A stretch of DNA of 64,000 nucleotides from an uncultured virus (IMG/VR IMGVR_UViG_3300029787_003156) (lineage: Duplodnaviria > Heunggongvirae > Uroviricota > Caudoviricetes): IMG/VR virus record IMGVR_UViG_3300029787_003156, one strand, 5' to 3'. The position numbers and the translations under genes are program-made. Below, piece after piece: positions 36,701 to 45,011 of the stretch (the stretch's first letter is position 1; the number at the start of each line of letters is the position of its first letter). A model generated the notes under the pieces. The model did no database searches and was not told the DNA's origin. It saw nothing but the letters and a program-made list of their open reading frames with translations.

Positions 36701-38005
36701 ACCAACTGCAGTACCAGGTGTAGATGTAAATCTATCACGCAATTCTACTGTCTGGTATGCTTGAGAAATAGTAGAACCAGCTGTATTTAAAAATCCGTTA
36801 ATATTACCTACTTTAGAATAGTTTCCTAATGTGAAAGGTATAATTGTGTTTTGAGAAGCATCTGTATCTCTTGGTTTTGCTATATCAACATAAGTTGGAG
36901 ATAATGTTTTAAGTCTATAACCTCTAACATATGCAGTACCAGGACCAAACTCAACAGCATACATGCTTTCTGCAGCACTATTACCTTGAGCAGTTGTGTC
37001 TCCTACCTCATAAACACCATTATTAAATCCATCATTTAGTCCATCTCTCATAGTGACTTGGAAATCACTAACAACATAATCACCAGACTCTTCATAAGTT
37101 CTGGTTGCCATTGTTTTTTCTAACTCATCATATGCACTACGATCAACTAGTTTCTCAATCTTATTACCATTGATACGTAGTAATTCAATAAAGTCTTTAT
37201 CTGCTTCGTCTGTAAGTAATTTCTTAACTAGGTTAGTTGTTATTCTGAACCTGTGAGAACCAGGAGCAGCATAATTAGATGTTCCTGCAGCGTTATCATT
37301 GAGTGATAAGTCATCTTCGGGGGTGATGATCGACTCAAGAATTTCGAGTCCGATTCTGTATTTGGGGTTACTTCCATATTGATCAAGGAGAATGTACTGA
37401 TAAGGAACGTCTACAAAGAAACCTCTGATGAAGTAAACACCTTCCTGCACATATGCTACAGATCCAACTTGTGTTGCTGCTGTAGGTAGTAACTGTGCAA
37501 ATGGTGATCCAACTTCAATAAGAGTGGTTCCAAAAGTAATTTCAGTATCAGTGATTAACTGTTCATTATTAGTAAATGTATCTTGATTATTATCTACTCC
37601 ACCTGATTCAATGTATTTAATATAGAGTGTAATATATCCTTTATCTGAATCAGTTGATGAAATACTATAGAGAACTTTAGCTTTAACACCAGATGTTAAA
37701 CCTGTAATTATTTTTCCTGTAATCTGACTTCTATAACTTTCTACATCTGCACCCAAGAATGATTCTTGGATCATAATAGCACTAACGTTTAGATCATAAC
37801 CTATTTGACCAGGTATAACCATTGAACCATCTTTGAATAGATGGGTTCCCATATTCTCAATTTGATTTTGAAGAATTGATTGAGACTGTGTTAATTCTCT
37901 TGCCTGTATTGGAAAACCAGGTCTAAACAGCACTCGATAAAAGTTCTTCGCTTTATCAAAGTCGTCGTAATACGGTGTTACGTTTAGATTAGTATTTTGT
38001 GCCAT
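30779..38005 (-). CDS. Large virion structural protein, DUF4815/VrlC-like
   Basis: N-terminal NLNVTPYYDDFD..KNFYRVLFRPG.PIQARELTQ, RTYEESGDY, NRRYTMRDIG.LEKRI..VEYYTSL, DPLAQSF. Confidence 0.88.
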   Translation of the reverse strand: MAQNTNLNVTPYYDDFDKAKNFYRVLFRPGFPIQARELTQSQSILQNQIENMGTHLFKDGSMVIPGQIGYDLNVSAIMIQESFLGADVESYRSQITGKIITGLTSGVKAKVLYSISSTDSDKGYITLYIKYIESGGVDNNQDTFTNNEQLITDTEITFGTTLIEVGSPFAQLLPTAATQVGSVAYVQEGVYFIRGFFVDVPYQYILLDQYGSNPKYRIGLEILESIITPEDDLSLNDNAAGTSNYAAPGSHRFRITTNLVKKLLTDEADKDFIELLRINGNKIEKLVDRSAYDELEKTMATRTYEESGDYVVSDFQVTMRDGLNDGFNNGVYEVGDTTAQGNSAAESMYAVEFGPGTAYVRGYRLKTLSPTYVDIAKPRDTDASQNTIIPFTLGNYSKVGNINGFLNTAGSTISQAYQTVELRDRFTSTPGTAVGNVIGYARVASLEFLQDPDNSFGNADDKYNMHLFDVQMFTVLHLASAQTISTGAADQRGSLVVGKSSGAKGYLIDNVSAATHLSIYQVEGTFQQGEMVTLDGLNLDTITNVHTYKYSDSRQVCAKDESTSAVEFTADIILEDLKFLQGATFTYDATSSNEKITGLNSNFASDLRPGDRIYFSETKYVDVDYVDPTNLASSNTGSIFTYSTQVVKVTPPGSNYPAAGTYNTLLRYRSKLWETEKATLLKEMPKPYVKTISDESMVVRRTFDSQTVAANAISITLPENEQFQAITNTSYSFTVMGSTSSAYPAGAQIPIDTVNTGAIGYTTFTSADRTTIQITNLDVTGDSGAITSVKVTASVSKNVTTKKTKSPTNMFVLKVNQTVQNLDKQNYQLTYSGVYGTRIEDVDLSLGITDVFNIHAVYESMDDADPIIPSITLVEPTFFETKSIVTGKTSGARARVVDFNSSTLKLSLVYLSGKFISGETVDGFNSSNIAIQGIINDSVGSIIEGSKVITDRYELETGQTGFIYGISKLVRKKGVARPIRKVKIVLDYYSHAATGDYFAGQSYLDTAYADVPYYQEKFLPDFLDFRPGVRNLFTGTGSVASPAYVNAATLDFKHRTFPTAGSPSATLFDIPKVASDFRCDFDWYLPRVDKVFLLPTGEFQVVKGKSEQRPSPPDDLQDGMLLATLLHAPYGFDPSSDVVIQKSDNRRYTMRDIGTLEKRIDQVEYYTSLNMLESDTFNVEITDASGKNRLKNGFMVDDFTDHSKSSTTNPDYAAALSYSDGTCQSSHYTTNTSLLINESLSTNYQKTGPLITLPYTEIALITQSYASRVENVNPFNVFAYIGRIDLVPASDDWVDTNRLPVNVIDVEGDFEATSREMNVDQSGFAPIQWGSWNTTWSGESTGAWSTWREHTFANYVRGRGRRVMGSRTITATNNQTRRGIRSRVVPRIDRQSMGDRTVSSTSIPWIRSRNIDVTVARMKPRTTFYAFFDGTKVGDYMMPKVLEVIKNPSTDSRTNSTPFVIGETVRGLVSGARFRVSAPNNFFTWNPYDDTDMPSSYSSTTNFINVDTESLAAQAVGQYYGNIQVGEVLVGTSGARAVVRDRRLMTDRLGQWKGSFFIPQPQVNTNPRWATGSRLLRLTTNSDDSRTFGTVASAAQTEYAATGTLNTLQENVLSIRNADIVQDTVTQDRTVQTTRTETRQVGWWDPLAQSFLVDETGGVFITSVDVYFNAKDSNIPISMQIRTMSNGYPTTSILPFSDVTVTPDTIQTSETGAIATKFTFQAPVYIPQSIEHCFVLFSDSNEYQVWISRMGELDITGDRTISEQPYAGVLFKSQNATTWTADQYEDLKFVVYKAVFNTSVASQLTLNNAPLDIGNGGKIVLRTDPVQTYQPELQLVMNAVNATLPYTVGARVYQKTTLAQGTIKEITDSNAGVLLTINDISGTWQSGSSTGGTIINRIVSSKTLATMAVTSASGDFTVGETITGNSASAPTAEVVSWTDGGGGAGTLTLKYVSTTFTSSTEQITGGTSTKTATVGSITYSGDNVSSSTVQDAFPSSTPTYTTSQRRVTIQHSHHGMHDTDNNVVIEGVTSEVSPTYLTSSISASDTTIQVNDATAFHTVINGANVGTLNLGYIKIEDEIMSYTGISGTGKTITVNERGLAGTTAVSHADETNVECYNLDGIPLTEINKTHTNIQSPTLDSYDLATSSIGRLGIRSGATNVIASQNIQYEILSPQIQRMTLPKTLITARVNTITGTSINDGQSLSQNSFSNTGEFYDVNLGEDNYFVAPQLICSAQNESAELSGAKSFRLDLTLFSESDNVTPVVDTDRMSITTISHRINAPADPNTAQLPVGDGHNGVYITKVADLSNPSSSIKLMFAGYRPANTEIKPLYRVLPSGSTDSIETLGWEFFPTGDAKIPQTSDELQYYDYEYEVAGLDFSQYQVKLVFVSPNQAYAPIVKDLRAIALAV

Positions 38006-39537
38006 TAGAACTCGATTACGATTTTAATATCTTCTACTTGGTCGTTTGCACGACTGATGGATCTTCTATTATCTATGTAAACTACGTCACCGCTACTTGA
38101 GGAAACTTCGGGTTTAGCATAACCATTGTTAAACTTCATACCTAAGTCATACTCAGTATTGTTGATAGTTCTAGAAGAAGAGTTTGGGATGGCAGGAAAG
38201 TTAACATCGGGTTGTCCTGCAGCACCAGATGTAGCACCATTAATCACGTTTGAACCATCAAATTCATTCTGTGTTCCTGTAACTTCTGGGAAGATACCAT
38301 CTACAGCATTCTGATAGTACTTTAATAATTTTGTTATTGGGTTCCAAGAAACAACACGAGCACGAGCAGTAACGTTGGTTCCACCAACAACTCTTGTTTG
38401 TGTAATGATTTCATCAGGAACATAGTTACCTTGGAATGTAGGTGCGAATATAACTGCCTTAGTAGCAGATACAGTCAAGTCTGAAATTAATTCCTCAGTT
38501 CCATATTTTAAAGGATTGGTAATAAGACCAATACGACGATAGTCGTTATCAACTGGGAAGTCACCTGCACCCTCATCATATGAGAGTTTAGCGTTGATCA
38601 TAACTCGGAAAGCACCAAGTTCTACAACAGAGTCAGCACCGTGACCACCTGGCGGTGGAACGATAACATCGACTTGTGCACCAGTTCCTGTTCCAATACC
38701 AGTAACGTTATCAACAGAAATTTTACCAAAGGTATATCCTGTTCCTCCAGAAGTAACAGTAGCAGATATAATCTTACCACCATCTACAACAATAGAAACA
38801 CGACCACCAGTTCCATCTCCATTAATAGCAACGTTGTCATAGGTTCCGTTATTATAACCTGATCCTGCTGCGTTAATAACAACAGTATCAATCTCTCCTG
38901 CAACAGCGTTTGTTTTTACCGCATCATTGGTAAAGACAGGCATGTAGTCATTGGAGAAGAATTTAAGAACTGATGCAACGGGAATAGTATACATATACTT
39001 CCAACGATAAGAATCACCAGTGGTGATGATAGAAGTAGATGTTCCAGTCGGTTCAACAGTTGAAGGTTTTCCGTTAGGGTCTGAAGGAGATGTACCATTA
39101 TAGATGCACTTATATACTTGATACTGTGAGTTTACAACGTAAAAATCAGAATCATATAGTTTAGTAGCACCAGATGCAGCAGTTTTACTAGGAGAATAAT
39201 CATGACGATACATGTCATAAGTAAATCCTAATCCACCAGTAGTTTGTTCTGGGGAAACCCAGTCAATTCTACGCACAACTTGAACAGTATCAGAAGCCAG
39301 CACACGCTTCATTGAAACCATATCATCATAAGAACCAGAAAATTCGGCAAATGAATCAACCGCTTGTGGCGGTGAGTTTTCATTATCCCAAGTTTGTGGT
39401 CTACCTATGAAAAGATATAACCTGTCTCTTGTAGCCCCTGCAACATCATCACTTTGAGTTGCAACGGGACCTTCAAGAGCCTTAATAAATTTTTGTGCTG
39501 AAAAAATTCTAAATTGATCAGTTAATAGAGCTGCCAT
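38005..39537 (-). CDS. g8: Baseplate wedge subunit (T4 gp8-like)
   Basis: LYLFIGRPQTW, YDMYRHDYS, FYVVNSQYQVYKC..N, D.YRWKYMYT, G...YIDNR.SI.RA.DQ.EDIKIVIEF. Confidence 0.9.
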   Translation of the reverse strand: MAALLTDQFRIFSAQKFIKALEGPVATQSDDVAGATRDRLYLFIGRPQTWDNENSPPQAVDSFAEFSGSYDDMVSMKRVLASDTVQVVRRIDWVSPEQTTGGLGFTYDMYRHDYSPSKTAASGATKLYDSDFYVVNSQYQVYKCIYNGTSPSDPNGKPSTVEPTGTSTSIITTGDSYRWKYMYTIPVASVLKFFSNDYMPVFTNDAVKTNAVAGEIDTVVINAAGSGYNNGTYDNVAINGDGTGGRVSIVVDGGKIISATVTSGGTGYTFGKISVDNVTGIGTGTGAQVDVIVPPPGGHGADSVVELGAFRVMINAKLSYDEGAGDFPVDNDYRRIGLITNPLKYGTEELISDLTVSATKAVIFAPTFQGNYVPDEIITQTRVVGGTNVTARARVVSWNPITKLLKYYQNAVDGIFPEVTGTQNEFDGSNVINGATSGAAGQPDVNFPAIPNSSSRTINNTEYDLGMKFNNGYAKPEVSSSSGDVVYIDNRRSISRANDQVEDIKIVIEF

Positions 39538-39562
39538 TTCCTAAGACTAGTGTCCTCCTGTT

Positions 39563-39569
39563 TATTTAT
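39563..39569 (-). promoter_or_regulatory. Late promoter ATAAATA for g8 and the DUF4815 gene
   Basis: In the spacer, followed by an AGGAGG RBS. Confidence 0.7.
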
Positions 39570-39580
39570 GTCCTTTCCGA

Positions 39581-42500
39581 CTACTCCTTAGACTGGAGTT
39601 GTGCTTGATATTCAATTCTTTTAATCCTATAACTCGCACCAGTATTACCTGCAATACGTTCACCACCGAGAACGGCTTGAACAACCGCACCAGATCCTGT
39701 GCTATCACTAGCATTGTTAGTAAATGTAACTGTCGGATGTGTTACAAAACTCTCATCAATGTTCTGGGCAATACCATAACCACCATTTGTGATTGTTAGT
39801 GAAGCAACTTGGTCACCTGCTGCGGTCATGTTAACAGTTGCTGTTGCTTGTATATCACCAATGTTCTCTACTGTCACCGCAGGTGGTGCAGTATAGTTAG
39901 TACCTGGATTTTGAACAATAAAGTCAATAACTGTTTCTCTAGCAGAGAACTCATAGAAGTAACCTGCAATACCTACATTGATATTACCAGTATTATAAGG
40001 AACTACGTTACCAACTTCTAAAAGACCAGTAGTAGGATCCCATCCTAGAACTGTTCCTCTTACACCAGATATATCACCTGTAACAAGATCATTAACAACA
40101 TAGTTCTGACCGTTACCTTGATTTAGATCAACATATACATTTAATTTTGCAACATGATCTACACCATCAGTCAATGTTCCTGCAACTTCTACAGTTGCAT
40201 ATTTAAACGGAATAGAACCATCTTTAATTTGATCTGCAACTGCAAACAGAGTTGTGTTAGTTCCACCTTGAGTTTCTTCAATACCATATAATGAATTGTA
40301 AATACCACCATCAAGTGATATTTGACTTTCATAATCAGTACCTGTATTAAACAAGTCTGGGATTCCATCACCAGCTCCTGCATTTTCTGCAGTATCAACA
40401 AATTTAGTATCTAGAATTTGACTAATAGGATCAGTCAAAGTTATAATAGTTGCGTTTGCTTCAAATGTAATTTGATGAGGATCGTAAGCATTAGATGCAC
40501 TAGCAGCAACACCACCATCAAATTGAACAATAGCATCTAAAGTAGATGGAAGACCACCATCAATGAATGCTAGTTCATCAACTTCAAATGTTACTAAAAG
40601 TTCTCTAGTATTTGGATTCCAGTCATATACTTTTGCAATTTTATTATTTGCATTATCTATTCTACGGATTACTCTATCACCAACATTGAAACTGTATGTG
40701 GATATATCTTGTTGGTTATTCTGAGTAGCATCTAATATGATTCTCTGATCATAGTTAAAGTTTACACCTCTTGTTAAACCAAAGAATTTACCTACTGCTT
40801 TACCAGTGTAAGTAATGGTTTCAGTATTAACAATAAGAGATCCAGAACCAGGAAAACCTGTAGTTGTGTCAGTAAATATTTCTGTGTCTGACGCTGCTAA
40901 ATCTTTTACAAGACCTGTTAAATAAATTGCGGTAGAGTTGTAAGACTGTCTTGCTCTTGTCTTACGTTTTAAGTTTACAAGTTTAGTAAATACAATATTT
41001 GGTGGATTAATATAACCAGAACCAGAATCTGTAATATCAATACCAACTATTACACCTTGATCAATTCTAGCAACTGCTTTAGCACCAATACCACCACCAC
41101 CTGTGATTAAAATATAAGGAGGTTCCTGATAGAATTCACCTTCGTCAACAATATTAATTCCAGTAACTTTACCAAAGGTATCAATTTCAGCAGCACCTTC
41201 AGCACCTACACCACCACCTCCACCTTCAAATATAAGTGTTGGAGGAGTAGCATACTCTCTACCTGTTGCTAGTAATGATAAACCAGTAACTGTTTGTACA
41301 ATCGGACTTGCTAATGCACCTGTTCCTTGACCACCTAAAATCTTTGCTTGTGCAGGACCAAAATAATTATCACCAAACTGACTCATTCTAACGTATGATA
41401 TTTGACCGTTAGCATTTAAAACAACATCGCCAGTAGCACCGCTTGGGAATATTTCTACTTGATCAGGAACGGTATCACCTTCAAATAAAGGAGTTCCATA
41501 GAATGCATCTCCTATAGCATAAGGATAAGTTGGAACCGAAGAACTATCCTCAGTCATATAATATGCATAAGTTCCATTAGGATACTCTGGAGTAGGACTA
41601 AACTTACCATTATAAGCATCAAGAGTTCCAACAGTTGAATCAGGAATATAATCATCAGTCAAATCTCCAAGTACATATCCCTCAACAACACATCTTATTC
41701 CTACACCTGATTGTGAATATGCAAAGAGGTATAATGCTATAGGAGCATTTACAGGAACATGGAATCTAACTTCTCTTTGTGATGCTGTATTGAAAGCAGA
41801 AATATAAGTATTGTAAGTAGTCTCAGCACCATCAATATAATACTTAACATGATTACCTGATAAAAGATATGTGGTATCTCCAATAACAGGAGGTGCACCT
41901 ACATGCCATCCATCATCAGATGTTCCAACAAATAAGAATAGACTATCATTTGAAGAATCATCTTGATTAAAGATATATGTCTTACCTCTATCTAATGTTA
42001 AAAATGCAGGTCTACTACCATCAAAATTAAATAAATTATTTGATACAGTAACTGTATATGTTACATTAGAAACTGTATTAACTTGAGGACGATTACCTGA
42101 TAACTCAGCAGTAGTTTTTAATCTATGTCCTGATACTTCTCTAGCAACTGCACCACTAGAATTATAACCCCAAGGACCGTAGATAGGATATCCATCAAAG
42201 GACATACCTAAGATTTTAGAATGACCATCTACATGTCTACTATAATCAATGGTATTTGGATCATTAGCATTTGATTGATAATAATCTTTAAAGTAATATG
42301 TATTGACCATTGGGTCAGGATCTACATCTGACGCAAGTTCCATATAACCTTCATCGCCCTGATACCCAGACATGTAACGATGATTAGCACAGAAATAATA
42401 TATTCTATTATTCTCATCAGCATTCATCAAGAATAATGGTTGATATTCATTTTCATAGTCAGTAGCAGGTGCTTGTGTAACACCAGTACTATTGTAATAA

Positions 42501-43750
42501 AGAGTTCCACCATTCAAAGTTCCATCAGCAGTTGTGCTGAATCTCATTGGATGCTGCATTCCACCACTATTATTTGTTGGATCACTTTGATCCCAAATTA
42601 TTAAATAATTTCTTTGAACTTTAATTCCTTCTGGAGCAAAATAAAATTGACCAGGTGTAAATGCACCAAACTCATGTGCTTCCTCTCCAAATTCAATATA
42701 GAATATTCCATTGGGGAATAGAGTTGGGATACCTGATACTTTAAATTGGAATCCATTAGCACCTAGACAAACATCATTTTCTTGGAAAGCAACACCAGTA
42801 AGAGTTCTTAAATATATTTTTGTTGGATTACCTAAACTATCTTTAACAATTTTTGCTACTTCACCTTTTGCAGTAGATGAAATACAGTCAACAATTCTAC
42901 CGACTTCAATTGAACCTATGGTTTGATCTAAATTACTTAATTCAATTAAAATATTATCATGCTCTGTTTTAACTTGCCAAACAAACTGTCTTATTCTACC
43001 CCAATCAAATACTCCGTTATCTAAAGACCACTCGTCTGTAAGTTTATTTGTTTGATAGTAGTAAACTTGATTGTCAATTACTGCATCATATGCATTATTG
43101 TTTTTAATATAAGGATACTTTACAGCATCAATAGCAAATCCTGGTGGTGGACTTCCATCTTGTCCCCACTCAGGTGTATGAAGCAAAACACCATTTGCCA
43201 TGATACCCATGGCTTTATCACCTTGATATTGTCTATTATCAGCATCTGGATGAGGTACATCTTTACCACCTCTATAGATAAATGTCTGATCAAAAGATCT
43301 ATCTACAACTGTTGAAGAACCACTAGGTTCTCTTTCTGATAAAATATGCTGAGAAGGTTTAGGATGATTATCTGATACTAATCTTAGTCTATCACTTGTA
43401 AATGTTGCTGTAGTAGGACTATTAGGATGTGCTTGAAATATTCTTTTAAAATCAAATGAAGTTACAACATTAGGAGTTTCTTGTTCTGGAATGATCTGAA
43501 GTCTTAACGGATCATATCCTCTACCTCTAGTAAGAACTCTAACATGTATTATTTTTCCTGATTCAGAATCAATAATAGGATATAATAACGCTTCTACATC
43601 TGGGGTTCCACAACCAGATATTACCAAACGAGGTGGATCTGCTTGAGAGTATCCACTTCCACCGTTTGTGACTTCTACCGCACGAACTCCAAAGATCTCA
43701 TCGAAAATTGGTTCAATGACAGCACCAGAACCAGGAACCGTTCTTGCCAT
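39581..43750 (-). CDS. Virion structural protein with a split YHYH-like domain, cupredoxin-like module and GSGY repeats
   Basis: GIMANGV, HSKILGMSFDGYPIYGPWGY, LDAYNG....TPEYPNGTYAYY (YHYH-family motifs); HPMRF...YYFCANHRYM; repeated I...G.GY..PP units. Confidence 0.75.
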   Translation of the reverse strand: MARTVPGSGAVIEPIFDEIFGVRAVEVTNGGSGYSQADPPRLVISGCGTPDVEALLYPIIDSESGKIIHVRVLTRGRGYDPLRLQIIPEQETPNVVTSFDFKRIFQAHPNSPTTATFTSDRLRLVSDNHPKPSQHILSEREPSGSSTVVDRSFDQTFIYRGGKDVPHPDADNRQYQGDKAMGIMANGVLLHTPEWGQDGSPPPGFAIDAVKYPYIKNNNAYDAVIDNQVYYYQTNKLTDEWSLDNGVFDWGRIRQFVWQVKTEHDNILIELSNLDQTIGSIEVGRIVDCISSTAKGEVAKIVKDSLGNPTKIYLRTLTGVAFQENDVCLGANGFQFKVSGIPTLFPNGIFYIEFGEEAHEFGAFTPGQFYFAPEGIKVQRNYLIIWDQSDPTNNSGGMQHPMRFSTTADGTLNGGTLYYNSTGVTQAPATDYENEYQPLFLMNADENNRIYYFCANHRYMSGYQGDEGYMELASDVDPDPMVNTYYFKDYYQSNANDPNTIDYSRHVDGHSKILGMSFDGYPIYGPWGYNSSGAVAREVSGHRLKTTAELSGNRPQVNTVSNVTYTVTVSNNLFNFDGSRPAFLTLDRGKTYIFNQDDSSNDSLFLFVGTSDDGWHVGAPPVIGDTTYLLSGNHVKYYIDGAETTYNTYISAFNTASQREVRFHVPVNAPIALYLFAYSQSGVGIRCVVEGYVLGDLTDDYIPDSTVGTLDAYNGKFSPTPEYPNGTYAYYMTEDSSSVPTYPYAIGDAFYGTPLFEGDTVPDQVEIFPSGATGDVVLNANGQISYVRMSQFGDNYFGPAQAKILGGQGTGALASPIVQTVTGLSLLATGREYATPPTLIFEGGGGGVGAEGAAEIDTFGKVTGINIVDEGEFYQEPPYILITGGGGIGAKAVARIDQGVIVGIDITDSGSGYINPPNIVFTKLVNLKRKTRARQSYNSTAIYLTGLVKDLAASDTEIFTDTTTGFPGSGSLIVNTETITYTGKAVGKFFGLTRGVNFNYDQRIILDATQNNQQDISTYSFNVGDRVIRRIDNANNKIAKVYDWNPNTRELLVTFEVDELAFIDGGLPSTLDAIVQFDGGVAASASNAYDPHQITFEANATIITLTDPISQILDTKFVDTAENAGAGDGIPDLFNTGTDYESQISLDGGIYNSLYGIEETQGGTNTTLFAVADQIKDGSIPFKYATVEVAGTLTDGVDHVAKLNVYVDLNQGNGQNYVVNDLVTGDISGVRGTVLGWDPTTGLLEVGNVVPYNTGNINVGIAGYFYEFSARETVIDFIVQNPGTNYTAPPAVTVENIGDIQATATVNMTAAGDQVASLTITNGGYGIAQNIDESFVTHPTVTFTNNASDSTGSGAVVQAVLGGERIAGNTGASYRIKRIEYQAQLQSKE

Positions 43751-43755
43751 TTATT

Positions 43756-44982
43756 CTATACCGCTACGTTGATTGTGCCTTGCATGGCAGAATGAAGTGT
43801 ACATTGATAATAAAGAGTTGCAGGAGCATCTAACGGAACCGTCCAATAAAGAATATTAGATCCACTACCTGACTGACCTGCCACATATGGAGTTCCAGTT
43901 AAACCCTGTGTACTTTGAATTCTGAATGGATGAGCACCACCTTGAACTGAGTTATCAAAGATGTAAGTAAACCCTCTATAAACATAAAGAGTTGGGTCAT
44001 TTACAGCACCAGTAAAACCAGGACCAGAGAAGGTGTAATCAGATGCACCACTAGAGTTCAAGTTCCACCAAATAACTGGACTTCTAGATACAACCCAGTC
44101 AGTATTATTCCAATAAATTGAATCACCTTTAACTATTCCTGATAAATCAGAATCAGTTAAAGCAGCAAATGTTGTTACAGGAGTTCCAGTATAATTGATT
44201 GTTACTGTATCACCCGTAATAGTAGTTGCGATATCTGTTCCACCAGATATTGTTAAAGAATCAGTGTCAGAATCAGCAGTAGTTGTTCCTGTATCAGCAA
44301 CAATAGACTCCCATATATTCTGTGATCCTGCACCTGCTATATCATCAGCAGGTAACCACTTACTACTTGAAGTATTCCATTTTAAAACTTGTCCATTAGT
44401 AGGAGCACTTGATACTACATCTACATCACTAACTAAACCAAGAGTAGAATACTCTGTTAATACTTTTGCTCTAGCATCACCAACACCACCTGCAGTTATA
44501 TTAATGTTTACATATGGATTATCATCACCATCTACAGTAAAGAAATAACCAGGATATGTTGCAGGTAGAGGAGATGCACCAAGAGAAGTATATTCGTTTT
44601 TATATTTTATTATTGTTGGAAGATCTATAGTTCCATCTGTGCCATTAAATGTATTAGTAACACTTCCGTTAGATATAGATACATTTCCAGTGCCATTAGG
44701 AGCAATAGATATATTACCGTTTGAAGAAGAAATTATAGAATTACTATTTACGTCAAGAGCAGAAGTTAATTGTGTGTAGTCAGAAGGAATAAAGGTTGTA
44801 CCATTATAACGCAACACCTGATTAACAGCAGGGTTTGCAAGAGTTACCGTCAGGTTACTTCCGTTCCCAAGAGCAGTGTATATCTCACTAAAATTGTCGT
44901 TTACCTTGTCACCACCTGCTCGAAGAGTGTCACCTGTATTATCGTTAGCAGCAGATCCAAGACCTATCGTTTGTTTAGCCAT
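43756..44982 (-). CDS. Virion structural protein: gp9/gp10-like N-terminal anchor plus C-terminal cupredoxin-like domain
   Basis: MAKQTIGLGSAANDNTGDTLRAGGDKVNDNFSEIY (T4 gp9/gp10-type N-terminus); C-terminal HPF...LYYQCTLHSAMQGTINV. Confidence 0.75.
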   Translation of the reverse strand: MAKQTIGLGSAANDNTGDTLRAGGDKVNDNFSEIYTALGNGSNLTVTLANPAVNQVLRYNGTTFIPSDYTQLTSALDVNSNSIISSSNGNISIAPNGTGNVSISNGSVTNTFNGTDGTIDLPTIIKYKNEYTSLGASPLPATYPGYFFTVDGDDNPYVNINITAGGVGDARAKVLTEYSTLGLVSDVDVVSSAPTNGQVLKWNTSSSKWLPADDIAGAGSQNIWESIVADTGTTTADSDTDSLTISGGTDIATTITGDTVTINYTGTPVTTFAALTDSDLSGIVKGDSIYWNNTDWVVSRSPVIWWNLNSSGASDYTFSGPGFTGAVNDPTLYVYRGFTYIFDNSVQGGAHPFRIQSTQGLTGTPYVAGQSGSGSNILYWTVPLDAPATLYYQCTLHSAMQGTINVAV

Positions 44983-45004
44983 TACTCGCTATTTTCTGTG
45001 TAGT

Positions 45005-45011
45005 TATTTAT
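45005..45011 (-). promoter_or_regulatory. Late promoter ATAAATA overlapping the g7 stop codon
   Basis: ccATAAATAac on the minus strand, about 22 nt upstream of the 408-aa gene. Confidence 0.6.
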
